This document shows, piece after piece, positions 1 through 11,064 of a stretch of DNA of 52,030 nt (position 1 is the stretch's first letter; each line of letters starts with the position of its first letter). The position numbers and the translations under genes are program-made. This stretch comes from Catajapyx aquilonaris. Taxonomy: Eukaryota. The stretch covers positions 1-52,030 of the forward strand of contig JYFJ02002722.1 of the NCBI GenBank assembly GCA_000934665.2, in the 5' to 3' direction. A model generated the notes under the pieces. It did no database searches, was not told where the DNA came from, and saw only the letters and a program-made list of their open reading frames with translations.

Positions 1-739
1 GAGACTTGGGGATCTACCTGAAAGTCGGCATACTTTTCCAACAATTCCTCTTCTGAAGTGCCATAGAGCATTTCCCTGAACCGCATCATATGGCATCGCC
101 TGGACATCACGTGGGCATGGCATCACCTTGGGTCACCAATGACATGACCGTTTGTTGCACCGAAACCCGCGTTGCAGGAGGAGTAAGAAGGAAATCAGTC
201 TTGGCGCATTCAAATCTGCCGCGCAAAGACATAATAATTATTATTATGTTTTATTATTATGGTCAATATGCTGCCCATAATAGCGGGCTAAATGGTTGCT
301 GTTAAAATTATAAGTATGTGCAACGCGCGCCATCGCAAAACCCGCATTTTGTCCTTTTTTATTTGCAGCCACCTGGCGGCATTTTGCCGAAGCTCTTGGA
401 TTCGGCATCGGCTCGCCATCCTATGTGGATAATGAAATTATGCCTTGTGCACTACTTCGTCCGCCATATTGGAAGCAGTGTCGCCACCTGCTGGCCACCC
501 CGTGCTTCAATCTCAGTTAGTAGTTTATTTAAACTACATATTTAATTACGCCACAAACTAGCCGGGTATTTACAAAACGGTTGTGCAAAACTGGGACGAT
601 AAACCAACAAGTTTAGCCAGGTGAAATGTGGTGAAATCTTGGCGCAATTTCTACCAGCGTTACTGCTACTATCCGGCCGTTCTGAAGCATTGGGCGGCAT
701 GGCACTGGGCGTATTTCCAAGCGTGAGTGGTGGTGTTGG

Positions 740-842
740 CAGTGACGTCATCGGAAGCCGGGCGCATGCGCCGGTGTCTCCGCCTGGTGGAGAGAGGCTG
801 AACTAGGATCCGGGATAGTTCTCTTTCCTTTCCGCTTTCGTC
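740..842 (+). promoter_or_regulatory. eEF2 core promoter: CRE (TGACGTCA 743-750), ETS (CGGAAG 752-757), NRF1/Ewg-type palindrome (GCGCATGCGC 762-771), TCT/5'TOP start (CTCTTTCCTTTCC from ~821)
   Basis: Motifs were read directly from the sequence. A pyrimidine tract ~90 nt upstream of the ATG is the expected TCT/TOP start of translation-factor genes. Confidence 0.75.
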
Positions 843-910
843 GGCCGTGAGTCACACGGGAATCGCTTGAGCTTCGGCCTGAAGGACAGAGGAATCCATC
901 GGAATCCAAG

Positions 911-3900
911 ATGGTAAGTCCCATCGGATGCTCGCCCACGGGCCGGAAAGGGCCAGGGGTCAATCCCGCCCGTTCCATTCCGACCCGGAACGCAAGGGAT
1001 GCACGCTTTTGGAGATAGAATGTTTTTGAGGGGAGGGAGGGAGGGGGCGGAGTGGGACGTGGAACATGCCACTTTTAAAAGCGGGGTTTGGACGAAACTA
1101 GGACATGGGGGCCAGCACGGGGGCGGCCCCGGGGCGGGGATGGCGGGGGAAGGATTGGGGTTAATGATTGGAATGGTGGGTTGGGCAAGTACAGTGTAAT
1201 TACTGCAATAATTGAGCAGACGTATGGAACAATTATTGCGATGTACGGAAGAATGCATTTTTACTGCATAAAGCGCACACGGGACGAACCTTGGCCGCAG
1301 TTGTAATCGGCACAATAGCGTGGAATACAACTCAGACACTTTGGCATAGAAATTGAACTAATGATGATGATGCGAAATTTGAGTGGTCCTGATGTAGATT
1401 CAAAGATAGATTCTCAGCAGAAATGGCCATTACAACAAATTCAAATTTTGAGGTTTGCGCCATATGGATGAACTAGTAGCTGTACTTGATGTATTTTTTA
1501 AATATTTTAAAAGACTCTCGGCAGCATTTTAACATTTTAATCATAGCTTGAAAGATTGCACGATGTCTCGGAAGTGCAGCGTTGAAAGCGTTGTTTTTCA
1601 TTTACTAGGTCGGGTAGCATCTGGTTTGTTGCAGGTGCATTTAAAGGATTACCGAGGCCACTTTCGTGTTTTGTAATGGACTGGGGAATTATTTTCCAAG
1701 AGGCCATTTAGGGCAATTGGTTATGACGCATGATTGCACCAGATTGCCCAAGTATGTGTACACACAGTATAGTACTCTAGTTAAGAACAACAGGTCAACC
1801 CCAAAATGTTACATGAAACATGCGAAAAGTTTGCTTATAATTCGCAATGCACTGCTGGCATTTTCTGATCGCATGGGGCCATATGTTTTTCCATTTCCGA
1901 CTGTTCGTTTTACCTGCTGGAAGGTGGCTTTTTACTGAGTCATGATTAAATATCTTGCCCTGTGTTTTCAGGTGAACTTCACAGTAGACGAGATCCGGTC
2001 CATGATGGACAAGAAGAAGAATATCCGGAACATGTCCGTGATAGCCCATGTGGATCATGGGAAGTCCACCCTTACGGACTCCCTTGTATCCAAAGCTGGT
2101 ATCATAGCCAGTGCTAAAGCAGGGGAAACCCGCTTTACGGACACCCGGAAAGATGAACAGGAGAGGTGCATTACCATCAAGTCCACTGCTATCTCCATGT
2201 ACTTTGAGCTTGAAGAGAAGGATGTTGCTTTCATTACCAACGCAGATCAGCGCGAGAAGGACTGTAATGGCTTTCTCATCAACCTTATCGACTCACCAGG
2301 CCACGTTGATTTTTCCAGCGAGGTTACTGCTGCTTTGCGTGTTACTGACGGAGCCCTGGTTGTTGTCGACTGTGTTTCTGGTAAGTGTTTAGTATTACAA
2401 ATAAAAAATATATGCGAACTAGAACTTGAGGTATAAGAATATAGCCAAACGACCGAAGTACTAGCTAAATACCTTAAGTAATTGGCGAACTACTGTCATG
2501 GGTGAAAATACCAATGTGTTCACTGGTGGCCAGGAGTGCTTGTTTTACTACCAAAAGGAAAGGGGATGAAAATGATTGCTAATAAGTTCCTACCACCAGG
2601 CTTAAAGGGGATAAAGGGAAAATTCAAGGACATGCCACATTTAGGGAGCTTGTGGTTATGTCATGGCATCTTTGCCTCCATGTGTCCATATCATTTGCCA
2701 CTTTGGCCTAGAAAAGCTATCTTGAAATATTTAATTAAGTGATTACAGTATGTGATATGCCTGCATGGACGCCAGATAACATTTCGTGTGGTGGTGTAAC
2801 ATTGGGGCTTGATTGGCATTCTGAGTATTGATTTCTTTATCGGCTTCAATGGAAACATTTTATGAGTGTAAATTTGGGTTGTTGTTTTTTTCTACCCTGA
2901 CTTTAGGTTAATTGGATTACTGCTTGTCATTGTGTGCTCACGACAACAGCGTCATTAGAACCTGTTCTTCAAAGGGGGCTCTTTCGATATCTGTCCATTG
3001 GATATACAGTTGGCACATGTGAATGTTGCGTAACCATTAATAGTAACAGAAATCTAAAGTACTGCTAAATTTTTTCATTGCAATATTTTCAAACTCAACT
3101 GCAACCACCTTTACATGTGGATGCCATCTTTTAGGTAAAATTGTGCATCTCCAAGTATTGTGCATCGTCCTTAGCAATTGTACACCTTACGTGATAGAAT
3201 TGTCTGATCCATATGTAAGATTTTCTGGTGTCCCATGTTCTGTTTTCCAACCCAAGTACATGCAAATTGCCATCCTGAAGTCATACTTGAGCAATGTGCA
3301 CGCCTTTTGACTTGTGTAGATGAACAGCCTTTGTCTGCAGGTTAATACACCTCACCCCAAATAAACTTGTTCCCTTTTTCCAGGTGTGTGTGTCCAGACG
3401 GAGACTGTTTTGCGCCAGGCTATTGCTGAGCGTATCAAGCCTGTTCTTTTCATGAACAAGATGGACCGTGCTCTTCTTGAGCTTCAACTGGGACAGGAGG
3501 ACTTGTTCCAGACCTTCCAGCGTATCGTGGAAAATGTCAACGTCATCATTGCCACTTACAGCGACGATTCTGGCCCCATGGGGGAGGTTCGTGTGGACCC
3601 ATCCAAAGGCAGCGTTGGGTTTGGATCTGGCTTGCACGGCTGGGCCTTCACCCTGAAGCAGTTCTCTGAGATGTACGCTGAAAAGTTCAAGATTGACTTG
3701 CACAAGCTTATGGGACGCCTGTGGGGTGATTCCTTCTTCAATTCTAAGACCAAGAAGTGGGCCAAGCAGAAGGATGATGACAATAAGCGTTCTTTCGTTA
3801 TGTACATCCTGGACCCCATCTACAAGGTACTTGACATTTCATCTGCATGACCAGTTCCGGGAATATTTTGGAATTGCTGGACTGAGAAAATGCCCCCATA

Positions 3901-6562
3901 TTGACCTTAATATAAATTTGCTGCATGTCCAGTATATTGCGCTTAAATATTGGATTTGATGCATAGAAATCACCAATTAGGGAAACTATTGGCATAAATA
4001 AATGATGGTTCCACTGATGAAAAACCACGGACCTGTACAGACATGTTGCATGTTGATCACACCCTTTCTGAGGAACTGGAATGCCTGGTTTTGCTGTACC
4101 TGATAGGGGAGTGCTGCCAAGAATATCATAATTTTAACTCTTGTCCCTTTTCTGCAGATATTTGACGTCATCATGAACTACAAGAAGGAGGAGACCGCCA
4201 GCCTGCTGAAGAAGCTGAACATCGAGCTGAAGGCTGAGGACAAGGACAAGGATGGCAAGGCGCTCATGAAGGTGGTCATGCGCACATGGCTGCCTGCTGG
4301 AGAGGCCCTGCTTCAGATGATTGCCATTCATCTTCCATCACCTGTCACTGCACAAAAGTACCGTATGGAGCTCCTGTATGAAGGCCCTCATGATGACGAG
4401 GCTGCCCTGGGTATCAAGAACTGCGATACGTCTGCTCCCTTGATGATGTACATCTCCAAAATGGTGCCAACCACTGACAAGGGCCGATTCTATGCTTTTG
4501 GCCGTGTCTTTTCCGGGAAGGTTGCCACTGGCATGAAGGCCCGCATCATGGGACCCAACTACACTCCAGGCAAGAAGGAAGACCTGTACGAGAAGGCCAT
4601 CCAGCGTACCATCTTGATGATGGGGCGTTACGTTGAGGCCATTGAGGATGTCCCATGCGGTAACATCTGTGGACTTGTGGGTGTCGACCAGTTCTTGGTG
4701 AAGACTGGCACCATCTCGACATTCAAAGATGCCCATAACCTGCGCGTCATGAAGTTCAGCGTGTCGCCTGTCGTGCGTGTTGCAGTGGAGCCCAAGAACC
4801 CTGCCGATCTGCCCAAGCTGGTGGAGGGCCTGAAGCGTCTGGCCAAGTCTGACCCTATGGTGCAGTGCATCATAGAGGAGTCTGGAGAGCACATCGTTGC
4901 AGGAGCAGGAGAGCTGCATCTTGAGATTTGCCTGAAGGTTAGCCTCATTCATCTCTAATCTCAAGTTTTTCGGCTCAATGTTGGGTTCAAGTTTTGCAGT
5001 TTTCCCCATGATGAAAAAACACGGACCTGTACTGAACATGTCATGTCGATTTAACCCACTGAGGGAACTGCACATTTTCTGCCAATGTGTCGTTACTTTC
5101 TGAAACTTGGAATAACTTGCATATCCAAGAAGTTCGCAGCTAGGTGCTGTTAACCTAAACCATTTGAATTAATTACAATGTTAATTTCACATTGTTTAAT
5201 TTGTTTGGACAGCTCGAAAAAATGTTTGTTGACCATATGTTGCAACTACTAAGTTTTTATGGTACATGAATCTGTGTCATTGATTTTTAATCAAGTGTTT
5301 TCATAACTTGTAGGATTTGGAGGAGGATCATGCTTGCATTCCCCTGAAGAAGACGGACCCTGTGGTGTCCTACCGTGAGACTGTGTCTGCAGAGTCTGAC
5401 ATCACCTGCCTGTCCAAGTCGCCCAACAAGCACAACCGACTCTACATGCGTGCTGTCCCTATGCCCGATGGGCTAGCTGAGGATATCGACAGGGGTGATG
5501 TGAATGCTCGTGATGACTTCAAGGTTCGTGCCCGCTACTTGGGTGAGAAGTATCAGTACGACATAACCGAGGCCCGTAAGATTTGGACCTTTGGCCCCGA
5601 TGGAATGGGCCCCAACATTTTGGTGGACTGCACTAAGGGAGTCCAGTACCTCAATGAGATCAAGGACTCTGTCGTAGCTGGGTTCCAGTGGGCCGTTAAG
5701 GAAGGTGTCTTGTCTGAGGAGAACATGCGAGGAATCCGTTTCAACATCCACGACGTCACCCTGCATGCTGATGCCATCCATCGCGGAGGCGGACAGATCA
5801 TTCCTACTACTCGCCGTTGCTTGTATGCTTGCGTGCTCACAGCACAGCCACGTCTCATGGAGCCCGTGTACCTCTGCGAGATTCAGGTTTGTCTACTGAT
5901 ATTCACACTTCGTTACCCAGGAGTTTTAATTACTACAATGGCTTGGGTAGCTGTAATTTCTAGGAAGGCATGCTGCAATGACAGAATTTAACTGTTACAA
6001 ATTAAAGTTGAGTGAGCTCTAATTGGATGATTAATTGGAAATTGCGGAATTAGTGAAACATTTTTCTCAAGGAAAAAATGTTTGGGGACATTTGGATTTT
6101 TGTAGACGGCAAAGGACGTGATTCTTATTTGTGCACAATATTTCTTTCAGTGCCCTGAGACAGCTGTTGGAGGTATCTATGGAGTGTTGAACCGTCGTCG
6201 TGGACACGTATTCGAGGAGATGCAGGTTGCTGGCACACCCATGTTCGTGGTCAAAGCCTTCCTGCCTGTAAATGAGTCCTTCGGTAAGATTTGCAACCTG
6301 TTTTTCTTCAGCCATGTCACTGATTATGGACAATTAAATCCTAACCAATGCGTGTCATCTCTTCACAGGCTTCACTGCTGACCTTCGCAGCAATACAGGT
6401 GGCCAGGCTTTCCCCCAGTGTGTGTTTGACCACTGGCAGATCCTCCCAGGAGACCCATCAGAGCCCGGCACTCGTCCCTTTGGCGTGGTACAGGACACCC
6501 GCAAGCGCAAGGGGCTCAAGGAGGGGCTGCCAGACCTCAACCAGTATCTTGACAAGCTCTAA
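911..6562 (+). CDS. eEF2: Eukaryotic translation elongation factor 2 (844 aa), 7 coding exons: 911-913, 1972-2380, 3384-3826, 4158-4937, 5314-5886, 6151-6283, 6369-6562
   Basis: The spliced translation begins [10 protein letters not shown]. It contains GTPase motifs [25 protein letters not shown] and NKMD, the diphthamide loop [16 protein letters not shown], and ends ...YLDKL*. All introns are GT-AG, and exon lengths sum to 2535 nt (845 codons including stop). Confidence 0.98.
4007..4077 (+). ncRNA. SNORD25: Intronic box C/D snoRNA, U25/SNORD25/snR56 family (18S rRNA 2'-O-methyl guide), copy 1 in eEF2 intron 3
   Basis: C box cTGATGA 4014-4020, guide CACGGACCTGTA, D' CAGA 4038-4041, C'-like TGTTGA, D box CTGA 4068-4071, and terminal stem GTTCC/GGAAC. 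The guide is complementary to the conserved 18S sequence ACAGGUCUGUG (one G:U) and matches the U25 guide CACAGACCTGTA as recalled. Confidence 0.85.
4995..5072 (+). ncRNA. SNORD25: Intronic box C/D snoRNA, U25/SNORD25/snR56 family, copy 2 in eEF2 intron 4
   Basis: C box ATGATGA 5008-5014, identical guide CACGGACCTGTA, D' CTGA 5032-5035, C'-like TGTCGA, D box CTGA 5059-5062, and terminal stem TGCAGTT..CCC / GGGAACTGCA. Confidence 0.88.
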
Positions 6563-6893
6563 TTGTTACGTCCCAGGCAAGAAGCAAGGGAGGAATAAGG
6601 GGAGATTCCAGGGGGGTTATTGGGGGAAGGAGGAGGAGGAGGGGCCGATGGGGGCGGAAGGGCATACTTCATTATTTTATTTGCCACGCTTTACAGTTCA
6701 GATCAGGATTCAAAAAAGGCCCTTTTTATTATTGTTTACTTTGGGTGATGATGTTTATTGGTTGTGCGCCTGCTCAAGTCCCTTTGATTTCCTGGACTTT
6801 TCTCTACGAATGCTCTGCCCACCCCCTACCGAGTGGTGGCTTCCGAAGAAAAAAGAATTGCCCCCACGCAACGTAATGATTGAGAATGATGAA

Positions 6894-6899
6894 AATAAA
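6894..6899 (+). promoter_or_regulatory. Probable eEF2 polyadenylation signal AATAAA
   Basis: First canonical AATAAA I found after the eEF2 stop (~330 nt downstream), just before the next gene's promoter motifs. Confidence 0.6.
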
Positions 6900-7046
6900 A
6901 AGCGAAGATATGAGGAACAATAGTCGTCGTCTCTTGCCCCCCTTACAGCCATTTACAGGAGTCGCAACATCAAAAGAAGGCACAGCTGGCCCCGTGTCTA
7001 CATTGGTGTGGCATGTTGTACTACGTTCAAGTGGGGGCGGGCTGGG

Positions 7047-7094
7047 CAGTGTTGCCAACAAGTTCCGGGTGACGTCACGAGTCAAAATGGCCGC
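7047..7094 (+). promoter_or_regulatory. FBXO33 promoter cluster: CAGTGTTGCCA, ETS (TTCCGG), CRE (TGACGTCA 7070-7077), YY1/Pho (AAAATGGCCGC 7084-7094)
   Basis: The motifs lie in a CpG-rich patch ~350 nt upstream of the ATG at 7440. Confidence 0.55.
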
Positions 7095-7439
7095 TGGATG
7101 TCGCCCATTTCGAATTGCATTAATCGCAATATTCCAACCCGTATTTAAATCCGGTTGATTACGTGACCTCCATAATTGCGATGATTAATGACTCGGGCGG
7201 ATGGTACGTTAATTATAAACTGATGTGAGGCAGTGGATGGACCTTGACAGGTCCGAAGGTCAATGGGCGTGGGAGAGGAGAGAGGGGAATCCTAGGGGAG
7301 GCAGGGAGGGAGGGGGAGGGGAGGGAAAAAAGAGAACGCAAAATAGAACGAACCTGGCTCGGGGACACTCTTTTCCTTCGGCTTTTGTATGTGTTGTGGT
7401 TGAGGTGGGCAGAGGAGGGCAGCCCAGACCCAGAGGGAG

Positions 7440-8076
7440 ATGGCCTCCCTTCGCGAAGGGGTGTGGAACAGCCTCCCGAGCGTGATCCTGGTTGAGATCC
7501 TGTCGTACCTGACCCACCAGGACAGGATCAGGGCCAGCTCCGTCTGCAAGCAGTGGCGCAGCTGCCTGTTCCACCCTTGCTTCTGGTCTAAGGTCAGGTG
7601 GAGGGTCACCAGGGAAGGGGAAGGGCTGCCCAGGGCGAGGTACCTGGCCAGGGTGGCTGCCAGCAAGGTCAGGAGCGCGGTCATTGAGGTGGACACCACC
7701 AGTCCGGAATGCGTGGACCAGATGAGGGACGTGCTCAGCAGGCTGGGGGACAACACGCAGCTGCGGAGCCTGGCCATCAAGCCAAGCCACTGCAGGGTCG
7801 AGTGGCCTGGCCGCGTGGAGGTGGAGCAGGCCACGTTCATCAAAAGGTGGGTTGAAGCCCCATTAACGCAGGTCGTACAATGTACAGAAGCATACCTCAG
7901 TAGTTCGCAGCACGTTCAGTTCCAAAAAAATGTATGCGGTAAAGCAATTCCTTGTTACAAGTTCCCTACAGGTTATGCGCCAGTATGGCTTTTATATTGG
8001 CGCAGGGAATTTATGGTGTGGTCGCCGTAGCTCTGACACAGTATGACTTTTATGCCGGCAATTCTTCATGAAAGGG

Positions 8077-8122
<46 letters not shown>

Positions 8123-11064
8123 GATACCCCGTGATAGGCCCCTTGGGCCTCGTAGGGGATCATCTTTTGAAAACCCGACTTTAATCATTTGCCTGTAATG
8201 TGATGGATTTTGATAGTGGGAGGAAACGGGAGAACCTCGAGAAAACCCACACGAACACGGAGAGAACCCATCGAAACTCTATCCACATAAGTATCTTCCG
8301 TCCGACCCGGGGATCGAACTCGGGACCTTAGAGGTGGAAGGCTGCGGCGCTAACCACTCCGCCACCGTGTCACCCTGAAAGGGATAAATACTGACTTGTA
8401 CTCTTCAATTTTTCTTTTAGCATGATTTGTGCCGTCCCAAGGAGAAACACCCTAACAGCAAAATTAGCATGCCCTGCACTAAAATCCCCCCTGTAGGGTG
8501 TTTCTCCTTGGGACAGCAGATTTTTGGCCTGCTGTTTCATGAGTTTCCTCCGTTGGGTGATATTATTGGAGGGTGTAGTTGTAGGGAAACTGCTTCGATT
8601 AAGAGGAAGCATTTCAGGTTGATCCCTCCATCTCAGTTGGAGAAGGAAAGGTGGTGAAGCCTGTGGTAAACATAAGCAGTATGACATCTCATGTTGGTTG
8701 ATCAACAATTTTTTGTGCCTCCTCACATGCTCAGATAACAGCAGATAGCTTGAGGAGCATTGAGGATCGAGGGGATATTTGCAGTGTCTAATAATAGCAT
8801 GCTGAAGTGCAAAATGTCATGAGTTATATTATGAGTTGGGCTTTGGAGTGACAGGAAGGGTGCAATATATTTTGAAAGCGGAATACAAAGCACAAGCTGA
8901 TGTTGCATTTTGTGCATAAAAATTTGTTGTATCCTTTAGTCATCTTTGTTACTGCTTGTAATAATTTGGTCTGAAATTCATCTGTTGAAATTGCATTGAA
9001 AAGGTTTTCTTTTGTCTCCTACAAGCTGAATAATTTCTCTTATCATTTTATTCCCCTTTCAGCCATAGACCCTATGATTATCTCCAATGTTATGCGAAAG
9101 ACCTTGCTTAGAAGGTGAAGATCACATGTTTGGCAGTATTCCATGAAGGGCCTGTAACCTCTCTAGTGAAACAGGGCTCATTATAAGGATGGGCGTGAAA
9201 GCCTTTGTATGCTAAGATTATTTTAATATTTGCAATCATATTGTAATTCAGGGACACATCATTAGTTGCAAAACGTATCAGTTATTAGGGAATGGTAGAT
9301 GCGTTTTCTTACAATGAGTGTGCCAATTTGCTGGTCGGGTAATTTTGTGCAAACTTCAGATTTAGGATTTAGAACATATAGAACATAATCTTTATATTCC
9401 AGGCAGTGCCAGATACATATGGTTTCATGCAAGCTTAACCAGCAGGTACATATTTGTTAGCTTACAAACACGCCAAGTAAATTTGTGTGACTTTGCGTAT
9501 GCAAAGAAAAAGTAAGAGCAGTTCCCTCCCGTCGTCTTTGCAGCATGATGGAGGCTTTGGAAGTCATACTATGTAACTGCTCAAAGCTACGTGCCATCAG
9601 CTTTGGCTGCATGGAGGAAATCCTGGTTCGTTCAGAATCCCTCCTGAGCCTGCTGGAGCAGAACCAAGGGGGCAACCTGGAGCAGCTGCATTTGGCATCA
9701 GTCAAGGATGACCCAGACAGCTACTTCCTGGTCGACATCCCCCTGCAGACCTTCCACACCCTCCGGTACCTCAGGGGACTCAGCCTGGACAATGACTATG
9801 TGACCAACGACCTCCTGCAAGTGTTCAGCCAACATTCCCGCACACCCTTGCGCAGACTCAACATCCTGGTGCATGGGATCGATGAGGGCTATCCTGGGAC
9901 CAGTGACACCTGCTGGGCACAGTTCACACAGTTTAAGTATGTAGTCTCCGTCTGGCTTACTCAAAGATATTCTTGATTTGGGGCACCTTCTGAAGTGGGG
10001 GAGACCTGTCTATCTCGTAGAGTCGGGATGAGAATTCAAGATGATCTAACAATTGTTTTTAAAATCATTCTTTCCACCTAGCCCCGAGTGTGAAGTCCGC
10101 TTGACCCTGCTCCACTCCTATGATGCCATAGAAGTCCTGCACAGCCACATCCTCCGCCCCAGCATGCCCTTGACTCACTTCCGCGCATACTTCTGTGAGC
10201 AGCTCAACATCCAGTCCCTGCACCAGATCTCCAGCTGGTATGCCTCCACCCTGAGGTCCTTTGTCACTGTGGACTCTCTCAGGTCCCCCAATCGATGCAA
10301 GCTCATCTTGTTCCTGCAGCAGTTCATAGAGACACCTGATCCACTTGTCATGTTGGCCTGGAGCTGCAAGAAGCTCAGAGAGTTGATTTTCATTGGTGAG
10401 TCAGTTCCTGTGATTTTCATGAAGGTCGTCAAGTCCTTTGTGCTACAGAATTATACAATCCGTGCCGTCATGTCCTCTTCCAGGGTATGAGCACTTTGAT
10501 CAAGACCTGATAGCAATTGCTCGGTTGCGAGGCCCGCAATTATCCAAGTTGGAGATGTGTGACAGGGACATTGTGTTTGGAGTGGCTCCACAATCCAGGG
10601 GACCAGATTATGTTGTGCAGGTGAGAACGAGTTACATGTCTTTCATAACATAGGTCAAAGCATTTTTTGTGTACATGGGAATTATCATATTTTCCTGATT
10701 GCTTATGTCACAAAAGTATATACAGTAGCTATCATTCACCTAAAACTTTGGGAATTTCCAGGAACAATAAAAAGTGTTTTTTTGTTGTTGATCTGTGTAA
10801 TATTAGGTTAGTGTAATGATTGGCATTATTTGCATATGGGAGCTTTATTATAATCAGTTTTGGAAGTCTAGCAACTGATTCTTCTGGTTTGAAAAAAAAA
10901 ATGGCTTCAAATCATTTTATGCTTGACAGGAGGTGTCAAATGCCTTGGAGCGTCCCTGGAAACCTATCCCTGCCGAGAAGCTGCCTGATGTGATTCGCAA
11001 CCCATCAAAGGGGGATTCAGACAGCTACTTCCTTCCAACCGTACTGGCTGATCAGGAATTCTAA
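7440..11064 (+). CDS. FBXO33: F-box only protein 33-like (F-box + LRR-like region), 461 aa; exons 7440-7846, 9544-9936, 10082-10395, 10484-10620, 10930-11064
   Basis: N-terminal F-box WNSLPSVILVEILSYLTHQDRIRASSVCKQWR..LFHPCFW, followed by LEQLHLASVK, LSLDNDY, LNILVHG and DPLVMLAWSC motifs typical of FBXO33. GT-AG junctions are in phase and total 1386 nt. Confidence 0.88.
8079..8121. repeat. (TAA)~14 microsatellite = SINE tail
   Basis: Perfect trinucleotide run read directly from the sequence. Confidence 0.95.
8079..8375 (-). mobile_element. tRNA-derived SINE with V-SINE-like central domain, (TTA)n tail and 10-bp target-site duplication
   Basis: On the minus strand: A box TGGCGGAGTGG (8364-8354), B box GAGTTCGATCC (8321-8311), core GTTCTCTCCGTGTTCGTGTGGGTTTTCTCGAGGTTCTCCCGTTTCCTCCCAC, a 3' hairpin GGCCCAAGGGGCC, and a (TTA)~14 tail at 8121-8079. 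TSD TGAAAGGGAT occurs at 8069-8078 and 8376-8385. Confidence 0.88.

Noticed and set aside
1361..1425. ATGATGA...CTGA in eEF2 intron 1 as a C/D snoRNA
   Set aside because: There is no canonical terminal D box or terminal stem, and I could not match the putative guide to rRNA or snRNA.
1815..1880. CATGCGA/TCGCATG stem with CTGA and 9-nt rRNA complementarities
   Set aside because: There is no C box, and the complementary stretches are short and not positioned next to a D/D' box.
4338..5858. Long antisense ORFs over eEF2 exons (e.g. 4338-5075)
   Set aside because: They are shadows of codon bias on the strand opposite a highly expressed gene.
5905..6065. Possible H/ACA snoRNA in eEF2 intron 5
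   Set aside because: Hairpins and an ACA-NNN end exist, but there is no clear H box or two-hairpin architecture.
6348..6923. 191-aa ORF overlapping the last eEF2 exon and 3'UTR
   Set aside because: It is an alternative frame starting in an intron, low-complexity, with no recognisable domain.
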